Source of the DNA: Methanobacteriota archaeon
GTDB taxonomy: Archaea; Thermoplasmatota; Thermoplasmata; SG8-5; JAGLSY01
Direction of reading: 5' to 3'
NCBI GenBank assembly: GCA_020696385.1
Contig: JAEHCQ010000007.1
Location: 56,818 to 120,817 of the forward strand
DNA: 64,000 nt
Shown here: one piece after another, positions 9,491-19,675 of the stretch
Numbering within the stretch: position 1 is the stretch's first letter
Layout: every line of letters starts with the position of its first letter
Notes under the pieces: generated by a model
What the model saw: only the letters and a program-made list of their open reading frames with translations
What the model was told of the DNA's origin: nothing
Databases searched by the model: none
Position numbers and translations under genes: made by a program

Positions 9491-11140
9491 ATGAACTTCA
9501 TTATCCCCATATTGGCCGCAGTAGCCGCGATCGCAGGCATATTTGTCAATGCATTCATAATTGAATCAGATAGATCAGATTGGAACGATGTGGCCAAAAA
9601 GATCTTGGTCATCGGTTTGATAATCGGAGTGGCCATTGGTGTCTTGAATTACTTCATAATGGTGAAGACCATACCAATCAACCTGGTATTCGTCTTCGCC
9701 TTCTTCTTCACAGTAGCCTTTTGGCTCGGATATGTAATATTCGGTTCCAAGAAGAACATCATCCCCGGGATCATATTGGTCATCGTCATGTTCTCACTTC
9801 TGGCATCCCCATATATGATGACAACGAAGCTCTATGAAACAGCAGACGTTATCGAGATGGATGAAAAGCCCATGGAGATAGATACCACCCATCTGAGACA
9901 GGTCAATTACGAATACGCAAAATGGAAGGCTGACAAGGTTGTCGGGGAAATGGGAAACAGGGTGATGATCGGAGAGCTTGAGATCATCCTATACCAGGGA
10001 AAACTTACATGGGTATGCCCTCTGATACACAGGGGTTTCTTCAAGCAATGGGAATATGGTTTCACACCTGGGTATATCCTGGTGGATGGTGAGGACCCGA
10101 CCAAGGAAGCTGTGCTTGTCGATGATTATGAGATCGATTATTCCTACGAATACGAATACTTCAGCGAGTACATGCACAGAATAGTTTACGATGAATATCC
10201 AGATTATGATCAGTATTGGTCCTTCGAGATCGATGAGACTGGTGCGCCCTGGGTGATAGTGACTCTAAGCCAGCCTACAGTTTCATACCATGGAGATGTA
10301 GCACAGCTTGTATTGGTCGTGTCTCCATTGAACAAGTCCATTACATCGTATGCTTTCGGTGAACAACCGGAATGGATAGACAATGCATTCCCAGAGGAAC
10401 TGGCTGAGAGATATTGCGAATGGTGGGGGAACTACAAGCATGGTTTCTGGAACACGCTCATCACTGAAAAGGGCGTGAAAAGACCAACCGCGAAGAACAA
10501 TGCCTATTCCCAGGATGGCGGAGGCTTTGGCACCGACGTTTACATGATCGTCGGTAAGGATAATCAATCATACTGGTTCACGGATTTCACATCACCAGCC
10601 AGCTCGGATCAGAGCATGGTGGGGTATGTTTTGGTCAATACCAAAACAGGGGTGATGAACTTCTACCAGGTTGCTGGACTCCTAAATGGAGATGCCGCGA
10701 TGGAAGCCGCGACCGCGAAGGTGACCAACTTCGTGGGCTGGTACGCGACACAACCGATATTCCTGATAATCGATGGAAATGAGACCTGGTTCACCCCGAT
10801 ACATTCCGGAACGAACATATTGCAGAAGGTGGCGCTGGTTAGTGCCCTTGATGGAAAGGTCACAATGGGCGACAACCTGGAGGCGATCCTGGAGGAGTTC
10901 AGCCTGGGTGATAATGGTATTCCATCTGATACAAATATGACGATAATTACCGTGAATGGCACTGTTGATGACATTCATTCATATGTTGTGGATGGAGAGA
11001 CAGAATGGTATCTGGAGATCAATGGGACCGTGGTATATGCCAATTCGGACACCCAGCCTTTCCTGATCGGTATAGGCGATCATGTGGTCATCGAATACCA
11101 GGTGATCGAAGAAAGGAATATCATTCTCAAGTGGGATTGA
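9491..11140 (+). CDS. Membrane protein with four N-terminal TMs and a large extracytoplasmic domain, function unknown
   Basis: 549 aa ORF; four hydrophobic helices followed by a Trp/Tyr-rich soluble domain (FEIDETGAPW, HGFWN, SDQSMVGY). Confidence 0.7.
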   Translation: MNFIIPILAAVAAIAGIFVNAFIIESDRSDWNDVAKKILVIGLIIGVAIGVLNYFIMVKTIPINLVFVFAFFFTVAFWLGYVIFGSKKNIIPGIILVIVMFSLLASPYMMTTKLYETADVIEMDEKPMEIDTTHLRQVNYEYAKWKADKVVGEMGNRVMIGELEIILYQGKLTWVCPLIHRGFFKQWEYGFTPGYILVDGEDPTKEAVLVDDYEIDYSYEYEYFSEYMHRIVYDEYPDYDQYWSFEIDETGAPWVIVTLSQPTVSYHGDVAQLVLVVSPLNKSITSYAFGEQPEWIDNAFPEELAERYCEWWGNYKHGFWNTLITEKGVKRPTAKNNAYSQDGGGFGTDVYMIVGKDNQSYWFTDFTSPASSDQSMVGYVLVNTKTGVMNFYQVAGLLNGDAAMEAATAKVTNFVGWYATQPIFLIIDGNETWFTPIHSGTNILQKVALVSALDGKVTMGDNLEAILEEFSLGDNGIPSDTNMTIITVNGTVDDIHSYVVDGETEWYLEINGTVVYANSDTQPFLIGIGDHVVIEYQVIEERNIILKWD

Positions 11141-11188
11141 TAGAATTGCCAGTTAGTTCGATAGGGCGAAAATAGCTATCTATCCAGC

Positions 11189-14100
11189 TCATAGCTCATT
11201 CCTAGCCTTCTCTTCCCATGCCGTCATATCCATGTCTCTGAACATATTACAGGCCAGATCCAGATATTCTTCAGTCTTTCCCGGATCGCCCATGTCCTTC
11301 AGAAGAAGAGCATGCTCGTATAGGAGGAATGCTATCTCGATCTTTTCACCCACATCCTGAAGGATCGTCCTGGCCTTTTCAAATTCCATACTGGCCTTGT
11401 CCAGGTCTCCCCTTTTCCTGTGGACCATACCTAGGATGCGAAGGCACATTCCCTCTTCCCTCTTCAAGCTGGTTTCGACAGAGGCCTCCAAAGCCTCTGT
11501 GCCGTGACTGGAAGCCTCATCCATTCTTCCGAGCATCATACTGGCCTCGGCCAATCCACATCTGATCTGGATGATGTGGCGTTTGTCTCCCAGCCCCTTA
11601 TAGATTTCAAGGCATTTATCAAAATATTCCTCCGCACGGTCAGGGCTATCACTGGCCATGTGAAGAAGTGCAATATTATACAGGGATTCGGCAATTCCAT
11701 GTTTGTCCTTTATATTCTCTCTGATCTCCAATCCCCTTATCTGATACTCCAAGGCGATGTCCATATCACCCCTGTTCATATGCACCAATCCGATATTACT
11801 TAGAGATAGGCCAGTACCTTGCTGGTCCCCCATAGCTTCCATGATCTCCAGACTGCTTTCATAATTCTGCAATGCCTTGCTCATATCGCCCCTGTCCCAA
11901 TTCAGATTTCCAAGATTGATGAGTGAGAAGGCTATACCGCGCTTATCCATTATCTTCTCCCTTATCTCCAGACTGCGTGTCTGGCATTCCAGAACAAGAT
12001 CCAAGTCTCCTCTTCTACGGTGGATTATCCCCACATTGTTAAGCGCGGAGGCAATTCCTGGCAGGTTTCCTATCTCCTCCATCAATACCAGGCTTTTCTC
12101 CGAGTATTCAAGAGCCAGGTCATTTTCGCCCTGGCTTATGTAGATATTTCCAACCATTCTGAGAGCATTGGCACTGTCCTCCTTGGCTCCCTCAATATTT
12201 TCAAAAGTATCATATGCCCTTTTGAAACGGTCCATGGCATCGTCATAGACCCCTTTTCTCCAGAAGGCCGAACCTTCGCCAACCAGTATCCTTCCGAGTT
12301 CCATGGGATTTGTATCACCTGCCAGCTCTCTTGCTTGACCAAATAATTCCAGGGACCTGTCGAAATCACCCTTCTTCTCATAGGTCTCTCCAGTGCGCCG
12401 GAGTATCCTGGTTTGAATCTCAATGGACTCACCGCCTTCTACGATCTCAGATAGCAAAGCGAGGTTGGGAAGGGCTTCGTCATAATCTCCGATCTGTATT
12501 TGAATGTCAGCCAGGCTCTCCAGGATAGGGGGTCTTTCACCCCCCTCTATGAATTCCAGGGCATTTTTGAATGAGCGTATAGCCTCTTCATTGGCATATC
12601 TATCTCGTGATTTATTCGCTGCCTGGACGAGATAATGGCCTGCCCTCTTATCTCTGGCCTTTGAGAAATGATAGGCCAGAGGATCGAGAATATCACCCAA
12701 TTCACCCTCTCCCAGATCCATCATCGCCTCCCCCACCATCAAATGATATTCAGTTCTAAGTTCAGCACCGATGCCAGTGTATAGCACATCTCTGATCTTG
12801 GCATGATCAAAGATATATATTTCATCAAGATAATTGATAAGGCGATGATTATTCTCTATCTCCCTGAGCAATTTCAGAAGCTTGATCCGATTCAGTTCAA
12901 GTGTTCTTCCAACAACTGCCGACCTGAACTCATTACCGATGACGCTGGCACACTCCAATACGTCCTTCTGATCCACCCTAAGCCTATCCAAACGCCTTTT
13001 TATAACATCATAGACCTTGGATGGAATATCAAGATCCTCCAATGATCTGGTTATCTCCCATTTCCCTTCTTCATCCTGGGCAATGGTACCATCTTCCACC
13101 AGAAGTCGAGTTACCTCAAGAACGAAAAATGGGGTTCCTTCGGTCTCTTTGAATATTCGAGCCAGCAATTCCTTTTCCAGGTGCACCTTGCCCAAAGCGG
13201 ATATGATCATCCCCTCAGTCTCATTGGATCCCAGTCTTTTCAGCTCGATCCTGTTGAATAAGGATTCACGGCTCATATTCTGCATCGTGGTTTCCAGATG
13301 ATGTGGCCTGCCATCATCTGTTGCTATTACATCTTCCGGACGGTAAGTGCCAACCAGGAGGACTCTCGATTGCCGGGTATTTCGAGCAAGATAATGTATC
13401 AGATTTAGAGTGGTGGGATCCGCCCACTGGATATCGTCAAAGAATATCAGTAATGGGGTATCCATTGCTGTTCTTTGAATTCCCAGAAGTACATTATCAA
13501 AGAGATTCTCTTGCTTTATCTTAGCATCATCAACAAGGAATCTGCCATCATATTTTCCAGAGCCAGTCAGATCAGCCAGCCGGGGAATGAGTTCATCTGC
13601 TTCACTCATATTGCCGCCCCAATTCATCAGAGCCTTTGAAGAATCATCCAATACACTTCTCATATCGTCTATAAGGAATTCGCTCTCATTCCCCTCTATA
13701 ACAGCAGCCAGTGATATCTCTCCCAATGATTGGACGAGTATCTTGTATCTATCATAGCCCAATGAACTAAGACCTGCGCCTTTGCCCTTGCCCATCATGG
13801 AAAGGGAATCCTGAACAAAATCACCGACCGCCTTCAGCATTGATGCAAATATGTCTGGATCCAGTTCTGTTTCCTCACGTTCGACCTTGGCGACCAGCAT
13901 ACCTGCCTTATTGATAAGATATAATGATATCAAAAGTGGCGGAGGCGCATCAGACATGACATGGAGTATGTCCAATTCTTTCAATACGGATTTCACAGGC
14001 ATTAGAGGTTCCAGACTCTCAGCCAGACACCAACCTTGGGAGATCTGGATACCATTTTTCCCAGCCTCTTTAAAAAGCTCATTGACCAACCTTGTCTTTC

Positions 14101-14233
14101 CGATCCCGGCCTCTCCGGATATCAGAACGGTGGAGCCATTACCTTCAAGTGCCTTCATGAGAGCCTGTGTGAGCTGTGCCAGTTCATTGTGACGGCCTAT
14201 AAGCTCAGGCTGATTCAAGGTTGGTCCTTCCAT
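11189..14233 (-). CDS. STAND-class (AAA_16-like) NTPase with TPR array and an inserted longin/roadblock-like domain
   Basis: LIGR..EL, Walker A GEAGIGKT, Walker B LLIFFDDIQWAD, GTPFFV, FDHAKIRDVLY, multiple TPR repeats. Confidence 0.85.
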   Translation of the reverse strand: MEGPTLNQPELIGRHNELAQLTQALMKALEGNGSTVLISGEAGIGKTRLVNELFKEAGKNGIQISQGWCLAESLEPLMPVKSVLKELDILHVMSDAPPPLLISLYLINKAGMLVAKVEREETELDPDIFASMLKAVGDFVQDSLSMMGKGKGAGLSSLGYDRYKILVQSLGEISLAAVIEGNESEFLIDDMRSVLDDSSKALMNWGGNMSEADELIPRLADLTGSGKYDGRFLVDDAKIKQENLFDNVLLGIQRTAMDTPLLIFFDDIQWADPTTLNLIHYLARNTRQSRVLLVGTYRPEDVIATDDGRPHHLETTMQNMSRESLFNRIELKRLGSNETEGMIISALGKVHLEKELLARIFKETEGTPFFVLEVTRLLVEDGTIAQDEEGKWEITRSLEDLDIPSKVYDVIKRRLDRLRVDQKDVLECASVIGNEFRSAVVGRTLELNRIKLLKLLREIENNHRLINYLDEIYIFDHAKIRDVLYTGIGAELRTEYHLMVGEAMMDLGEGELGDILDPLAYHFSKARDKRAGHYLVQAANKSRDRYANEEAIRSFKNALEFIEGGERPPILESLADIQIQIGDYDEALPNLALLSEIVEGGESIEIQTRILRRTGETYEKKGDFDRSLELFGQARELAGDTNPMELGRILVGEGSAFWRKGVYDDAMDRFKRAYDTFENIEGAKEDSANALRMVGNIYISQGENDLALEYSEKSLVLMEEIGNLPGIASALNNVGIIHRRRGDLDLVLECQTRSLEIREKIMDKRGIAFSLINLGNLNWDRGDMSKALQNYESSLEIMEAMGDQQGTGLSLSNIGLVHMNRGDMDIALEYQIRGLEIRENIKDKHGIAESLYNIALLHMASDSPDRAEEYFDKCLEIYKGLGDKRHIIQIRCGLAEASMMLGRMDEASSHGTEALEASVETSLKREEGMCLRILGMVHRKRGDLDKASMEFEKARTILQDVGEKIEIAFLLYEHALLLKDMGDPGKTEEYLDLACNMFRDMDMTAWEEKARNEL

Positions 14234-14406
14234 GTAATCATAGAATACCTTGGTAATAAATATAATTTGTTAAGTTCATCAATGATAATTATCCATTAAA
14301 ATTTCTTTATTTATGATATTGAGATTATTCAATACCTATAACTATATATATTACCCATTAATTTATCTGCCTTTACATATAATATTTGACGAACACATCC
14401 AGGTGA

Positions 14407-15840
14407 GTGAAAATGACGACCAAAGAGCAGGCAAATGAGATATTGAAGAAAGAGAATGTCAAATGGGTGGAGGTCCAGTTCAGCGATGTCTTCGGCAGGA
14501 ACAGATGTGTCTTCCTCCCGGTTCGCAAGTTCGTGGATGGCCACGCATGGGAGCGCGGCGTGAATTTCGATGGATCTTCCATCGGGTTCCTGGCCACGGA
14601 TGACAGTGATATGAATGCCTATCCAGATCCAAATACCTTGATGGTCCTGCCTTTCGAGGATTCACCCGGTGAAAAGACCGCCATCGTCATATGCGACATA
14701 AGGGATGTGAATACGAAGCAAAACTTCTCGGGCGACCCGAGAAGCATAGCGAAGAACTCAGAAAGAGTTCTCCACGAACGTGGTTTTGATGGCGTAAATA
14801 TTCTATCCGAAATGGAATTCTTTGTTTTCAAATCCATGGAAGCAGCCCAGATAGAGAATGATGTCTGGGGCATGGATTCCAATATAGGTGGAGGAAGCCT
14901 GAAGGTCATTCCAACCCACATCAAACCATTGGTGGATCATGATTATATCATCAAGCCCAAGCAGGGTTATTTCCTCGCCCCTCCGGAAGATAGAGTGGCA
15001 GGATACCGTCACCAGCTTTCAAATCTCATGGAGGAATTTGGATTTCCTGTCAAGTACCATCACCATGAAAATGGGAATGGCCAGCATGAGATCGAATTTG
15101 AATTCATAGAAGGAGTTACGAAGCCAGCAGATGCATGTGTGATCTTCAAGCAGATGTCCAGATTATTGTCACAGGACAGAGGATTCGTCCCAACTTTCAT
15201 GCCAAAGCCGCTTTTCGCGGACCTGGGCAGTGGCCAGCATGCGCATCAATACCTTACAAAAGATGGGAAGAATGCATTTTTCGATGCGGATGATCCAGAT
15301 CATTTATCCCAGATAGGCAGATACTATATCGGTGGAATATTGGAATATGCCAGTGACATGGCCGCGATCACCAACCCGATCACGAATTCCTACAAAAGAT
15401 TGATACCTGAATTTGAAGCACCAGTCTTCAAATCATGGTCCTTCAGAAACCGCACTGCCCTGATAAGAGTGGCAGCACCCACCCACAAGGCCCATATCGA
15501 TGTGGAGCCAAGACAGGCAGATCCCACATGCAATCCTTATCTCGCATATTCCCTATTCATCCATGCAGGGCTTGAGGGGATCAAGAAGAAGATCGATCCA
15601 GGGGAGCCAGTTATTGGTGACGTGACCAAGCTTTCAAAGAGAGAGATGAAGGAGAAGGGAATAGAGATCCTGCCAACAACCCTCGAGAACGCACTTGAGT
15701 TCATGGAGACATCGGATTTCGTGAAGCGCATCCTGGGTCAGAACCTCTTCGATCATTATCTTGAAAAGAAGAATGAGGAGCTCTTTGCCAAGAGGATATA
15801 TGTCTCTCCATGGGAACATTACATGTATTTCAACAGTTGA
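14407..15840 (+). CDS. glnA: Glutamine synthetase type I
   Basis: FDGSSI, EMEFF, HHHE..GQHEI, TFMPKP, GSGQHAH, NSYKRLIP.FEAP, NRTALIR, NPYLA. Confidence 0.95.
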   Translation: MKMTTKEQANEILKKENVKWVEVQFSDVFGRNRCVFLPVRKFVDGHAWERGVNFDGSSIGFLATDDSDMNAYPDPNTLMVLPFEDSPGEKTAIVICDIRDVNTKQNFSGDPRSIAKNSERVLHERGFDGVNILSEMEFFVFKSMEAAQIENDVWGMDSNIGGGSLKVIPTHIKPLVDHDYIIKPKQGYFLAPPEDRVAGYRHQLSNLMEEFGFPVKYHHHENGNGQHEIEFEFIEGVTKPADACVIFKQMSRLLSQDRGFVPTFMPKPLFADLGSGQHAHQYLTKDGKNAFFDADDPDHLSQIGRYYIGGILEYASDMAAITNPITNSYKRLIPEFEAPVFKSWSFRNRTALIRVAAPTHKAHIDVEPRQADPTCNPYLAYSLFIHAGLEGIKKKIDPGEPVIGDVTKLSKREMKEKGIEILPTTLENALEFMETSDFVKRILGQNLFDHYLEKKNEELFAKRIYVSPWEHYMYFNS

Positions 15841-15952
15841 TGAACATGTATCACATGTATTTCAACAGTTGATTAATATATAGCATATACTTCGACAGTT
15901 ATTGAACAGACATAGCATGCACTTCAAGAATTAGACAATTTGGAAACATGTG
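15821..15952 (+). repeat. Degenerate ~30-32 bp tandem repeats derived from the glnA 3' end
   Basis: ACATGTATTTCAACAGTTGA exact at 15821 and 15853; diverged copies at 15884 and 15916, and a remnant at 15947. Confidence 0.8.
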
Positions 15953-16100
15953 CAAGTACTGGCACTGCCATAATACAGATTATACCACAATGTAGAATTT
16001 TCATAGCCAGTGCATCAGAAAATATGATTGATTTACTTTGGGAATTCCCATGGAAATCCCTAGATATCTTTATTATCTCGACTGCTGATATTGATAGTAC

Positions 16101-17030
16101 ATGAAAAAAAATTCAAGTAGTCAAACATTGGAAATGTTGAGTGAGCTTAAGATAAAGATAGCCGTGATCGCTCTGGTTGCAATACTGGTCGTCATCGTTG
16201 TCGTACCATTATCAATGCTCGTGAACGTACCTGCAGGCTACAAAGCCGTGGTGGTAAGAGGATTCGGAGTCGGACATGTCTTCGATGAAGGATGGAATAT
16301 GAAGAACCCACTGTCATCTGTGGACTATGTAAGATACAATACACAGAGAGTGGAGTTCATTGGAGCCTCTTATGGAGAGGATAATGTGGGGAATATCGTT
16401 GTCAATAGTAAGGATAATGTGGCGATCTTCATGGATTTCCAGGTGGTCTTCCATCTTGAAGAAAGCTATGTGGGTGATATACGTATCCAGAATGGTGACT
16501 TTGAGGAAACCATAATCGTGCCAATATGCCGCTCTGTACCTCGTGATGTCTGTGCAAAATTTGATGCTCTGGAGATCAGAGGTGACAGCCGTGATCTTGT
16601 GGCATCTGCCATAGAGCGAAACATAACAGCGAAATTCTCTCTCAAACACATAGTCATGGAGGAGTTCGCCTTACAGGAGATCTCACTGCCAGTTGAATAC
16701 GAGTCTGCCATAAACGAGAAGAAGGTCGCGGAGCAGAAGGTCATAACCGAGGAGTACAATCTCGATGCCCAGTCCTTCATAGCCGAGAGAGAGATAATAG
16801 ACGCTCTCGCTCAGGCCAATGTCACCATCATAGATGCGGAGGCAAAGGGTCTGGCAGTCGGTATCATCATGGATCAGTTCAATGTAACTGATGAGTCTGA
16901 AGCAGCAAGTATCTATCTCCAGTGGCTGTACATAAGAGCCCTGACAGATGAGAACACGAACATCGAGTACATAATGGGAGACAATCCCTTCATACTTGAT
17001 CTGACTGATTCTGACGCGGTAACCCCATAA
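16101..17030 (+). CDS. SPFH/prohibitin (band 7) family protein
   Basis: N-terminal TM, VPAGYKAVV, EGWNMKNP, AINEKKVAEQ, AEAKG. Confidence 0.85.
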   Translation: MKKNSSSQTLEMLSELKIKIAVIALVAILVVIVVVPLSMLVNVPAGYKAVVVRGFGVGHVFDEGWNMKNPLSSVDYVRYNTQRVEFIGASYGEDNVGNIVVNSKDNVAIFMDFQVVFHLEESYVGDIRIQNGDFEETIIVPICRSVPRDVCAKFDALEIRGDSRDLVASAIERNITAKFSLKHIVMEEFALQEISLPVEYESAINEKKVAEQKVITEEYNLDAQSFIAEREIIDALAQANVTIIDAEAKGLAVGIIMDQFNVTDESEAASIYLQWLYIRALTDENTNIEYIMGDNPFILDLTDSDAVTP

Positions 17031-17042
17031 GTATAGATTGGG

Positions 17043-17112
17043 GAATTGTAGAGACCAAGCTATGCTTGGAGAATCAATAATGCCCAGCTGAAAAAGCTGG
17101 GCAATCTTTTTC
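17043..17112 (+). terminator. Hairpin plus T-tract terminator between convergent genes
   Basis: TGCCCAGCT-GAAA-AGCTGGGCA followed by TCTTTTTCATTT. Confidence 0.5.
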
Positions 17113-17179
17113 ATTTAATCTTTTACTTTATGATTAAAAATATGATTATAAATCTTTTACTTAATGAGTGTAATATTCA

Positions 17180-17539
17180 TCAGCCAATGCCCTCAATTCC
17201 CCTTTCAAGAACATCTTCTCTCATTATCAATTTCATCTCCCATCTGGCATATCTCATCGCTTTCACCTGCATGATGTCCCATAATGAAGAGGAATCGTCA
17301 AAATCAATCGCATGATCCTCCTCAAATACTTTTGGCAGTGGTAGAACAGGCGGTATCTCCCCACCCATATCCAGGAATTCCTTTTCTCGCCTGGCAAGGT
17401 CGGATTCCCATTGAATGAGTTCCTCTTCCTTCAGCTTGAACTTAGCGGTCTCGTCCTCCATTATCCCCCAGACCGGGCGAAGGCTATTGGAGTCCTCATT
17501 GTTAATATCCTGATTTGTCTGATCATCATCGGGTGCCAT
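17180..17539 (-). CDS. Hypothetical acidic protein
   Basis: 119 aa ORF with plausible codon usage and RBS-like GAGG upstream. Confidence 0.55.
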   Translation of the reverse strand: MAPDDDQTNQDINNEDSNSLRPVWGIMEDETAKFKLKEEELIQWESDLARREKEFLDMGGEIPPVLPLPKVFEEDHAIDFDDSSSLWDIMQVKAMRYARWEMKLIMREDVLERGIEGIG

Positions 17540-17670
17540 GGGTTTGCCTCACAACCTAGATATAATACTGGCACATAATGTTTTTGAAAGAATGGAAGAG
17601 TATGGATTATAATACCTGAACATTGGCCAGCATACCATAATTGGCCATAATTATGGCCATCAATAAACTT

Positions 17671-18066
17671 CTACTTCTTTGTCAAGTAATTGGTCAATGC
17701 CTTCCTCAGAGTGTCAGCCGAGAGTTTGGCACAATGATGGTGGTCCTCTGGAAGTCCACCCAGCTCATCGATCACATCCTGGTCGGATATCTCCAGTATC
17801 TTATCCAGCTTATTTCCCTTGGCCATCTGGGTCGTGATGCTTCCGCAGGCGATGGTCGTATGACAGCCATCCGTGTAGAATTGGACATCCTCGATGATAT
17901 TGCCCTTGATCTTTACATAGAATTCCATGGCATCGCCACATGAGCCAGTGATTTCTCCGAAGCCATCCGGATCGCTCATCCTTCCGACATTCTGTGGATC
18001 ATAGGATTCTCTTATGAGCTTCTCGGTGTTCTTTCTCTTCAGTTTGGCATCATTGTCCAATATCAT
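17671..18066 (-). CDS. IscU/NifU-like Fe-S cluster scaffold
   Basis: PQNVG, GSCGDAM, DGC, HCA (three conserved Cys); start moved to MILDND. Confidence 0.88.
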   Translation of the reverse strand: MILDNDAKLKRKNTEKLIRESYDPQNVGRMSDPDGFGEITGSCGDAMEFYVKIKGNIIEDVQFYTDGCHTTIACGSITTQMAKGNKLDKILEISDQDVIDELGGLPEDHHHCAKLSADTLRKALTNYLTKK

Positions 18067-18199
18067 CGAACCATGAAGAATGACTGGCCTTATTAAATTT
18101 ACTATATATATGGTGAATGATATATATGAAAATGAAAGCCAGGCATATGTCCATTCATATCTCTTAAATACCCTCAAGTTTTACTGGTCGAAGGCGGTT

Positions 18200-19675
18200 A
18201 TGGGCATGTGGAAGAAAAACATAGACGGAGAAGAATATTTTTTGACCAAGAGTAAGTATATGAATGGTATCCAGTGTCCGAGATTATTGTACAAGGTGGT
18301 GAACATGCCAGATGATATCCCACCGCCTGATGAGGCCACCCAGTTCATTTTCAAGCAGGGTAATGAGGTTGGGGAAATGGCCAGGAAGGTATTTCCTGGT
18401 GGCATCCGCATCCAGATGTTCCCCTGGCATACTATCACCAAGAGGACGAAAGCGGCCCTCAACAGCCTGGCCGAGCACGTTTACGAGGCAGGGTTCCTTC
18501 ATGATGAAGTGGTCGTGCTTGTGGATGTCCTTAGAAAGCTGGACGGCAAGACCGTGGACATCATCGAAGTTAAACAATCCACAAGGCGAAAAGATGAGCA
18601 CATTCCGGATCTGGCAATACAGAAATACGTTGTTGAAGGAAACGGGTTCAAGGTCAATAAAACATTTTTAATGCATCTGAACCGCGACTACGTACATCCA
18701 GGCGGCGGAGATGCTGAGCTTCTGGCCATGGAGGATTGCACGGAGGAAGTGAACGAGCACCTGGCCACTGTGCCGGAAAGACTGGCTGCCATGAAAGAAA
18801 CATGCGAGCTTCATTCACCACCCAGAATGGACATCGGCCCGCATTGTACCAGCCCGAGAGAATGCGCGCTCATGCCCGAGTGCTGGGCACGAGTTCCAAA
18901 GCCATCGATCTTCAATATAACTGGCTACAGGAATAAATGGGATCTGTACGAGCAGGGAATTGTTCAACTAAAAGATGTGCCGGATGATATCAAGCTAAGC
19001 AATAGCCAGCAGGCGTTTCTGGACTCCTACAGACTTGGCCATCCGATAATAGATACCCGGGCGATCCAGGAAGAATTGGGTAAAATGGAAAAGCCAATTC
19101 ATTTCCTTGATTTTGAGACAATAAACTGGGCGGTTCCCAAGCATGAGGGGATGCGATCCTACATGCAGGTTCCCTTCCAGTGGTCCCTACACACACTGGA
19201 AGATGGGAAATTGGAGCACAAGGAATTTCTCTGGGACAACCAGGATGATCCACGATTGCAATTAACTGAGAAACTGCTGGATGCCCTCGGAGACAAGGGC
19301 TCGATAGTTGTTTATTCATCCTTCGAGAAGAGCCGATTGAACGAGCTGGCGGACGCGTTTCCAGAGCACCGCGATAGAATTAACGCGGTGGTCGATCGCT
19401 TATGGGACCAGCTGGAGATATTCAGGAACTTTTACACCGACGCAGCATTTGGAGGAAGCAATTCGATAAAGAACGTGCTGCCAGTACTTGTGCCGAATCT
19501 AAGCTACAAGGATCTGGAGATACAGCAGGGGGGACTAGCGATGGCCACCTTCGCCAAGTTCATCGAGATGAAGCCAGGCCAGGAAAAAGAAAAGATTAGA
19601 GATGCTCTTCTGAAATACTGCGAAAGGGATACGTTCGCGATGGTTGAGATTCATCGTAGGCTGGCGGAGCTTTGA
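18200..19675 (+). CDS. DUF2779-family nuclease: PD-(D/E)xK domain with 4-Cys Fe-S motif plus C-terminal RNase H-like exonuclease
   Basis: LTKSKY..GIQCPR, VDVL..IIEVK, HC..PRECALMPECW, LDFET, PFQWSLH, SIKNVLP, YCERD; start at the ATG after AAGGCGG. Confidence 0.82.
   Translation: MGMWKKNIDGEEYFLTKSKYMNGIQCPRLLYKVVNMPDDIPPPDEATQFIFKQGNEVGEMARKVFPGGIRIQMFPWHTITKRTKAALNSLAEHVYEAGFLHDEVVVLVDVLRKLDGKTVDIIEVKQSTRRKDEHIPDLAIQKYVVEGNGFKVNKTFLMHLNRDYVHPGGGDAELLAMEDCTEEVNEHLATVPERLAAMKETCELHSPPRMDIGPHCTSPRECALMPECWARVPKPSIFNITGYRNKWDLYEQGIVQLKDVPDDIKLSNSQQAFLDSYRLGHPIIDTRAIQEELGKMEKPIHFLDFETINWAVPKHEGMRSYMQVPFQWSLHTLEDGKLEHKEFLWDNQDDPRLQLTEKLLDALGDKGSIVVYSSFEKSRLNELADAFPEHRDRINAVVDRLWDQLEIFRNFYTDAAFGGSNSIKNVLPVLVPNLSYKDLEIQQGGLAMATFAKFIEMKPGQEKEKIRDALLKYCERDTFAMVEIHRRLAEL

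Noticed and set aside
15821-15952. CRISPR array
   Set aside because: Units are ~31 nt in total with no 30-40 nt unique spacers, derive from the glnA end, and there are no cas genes.
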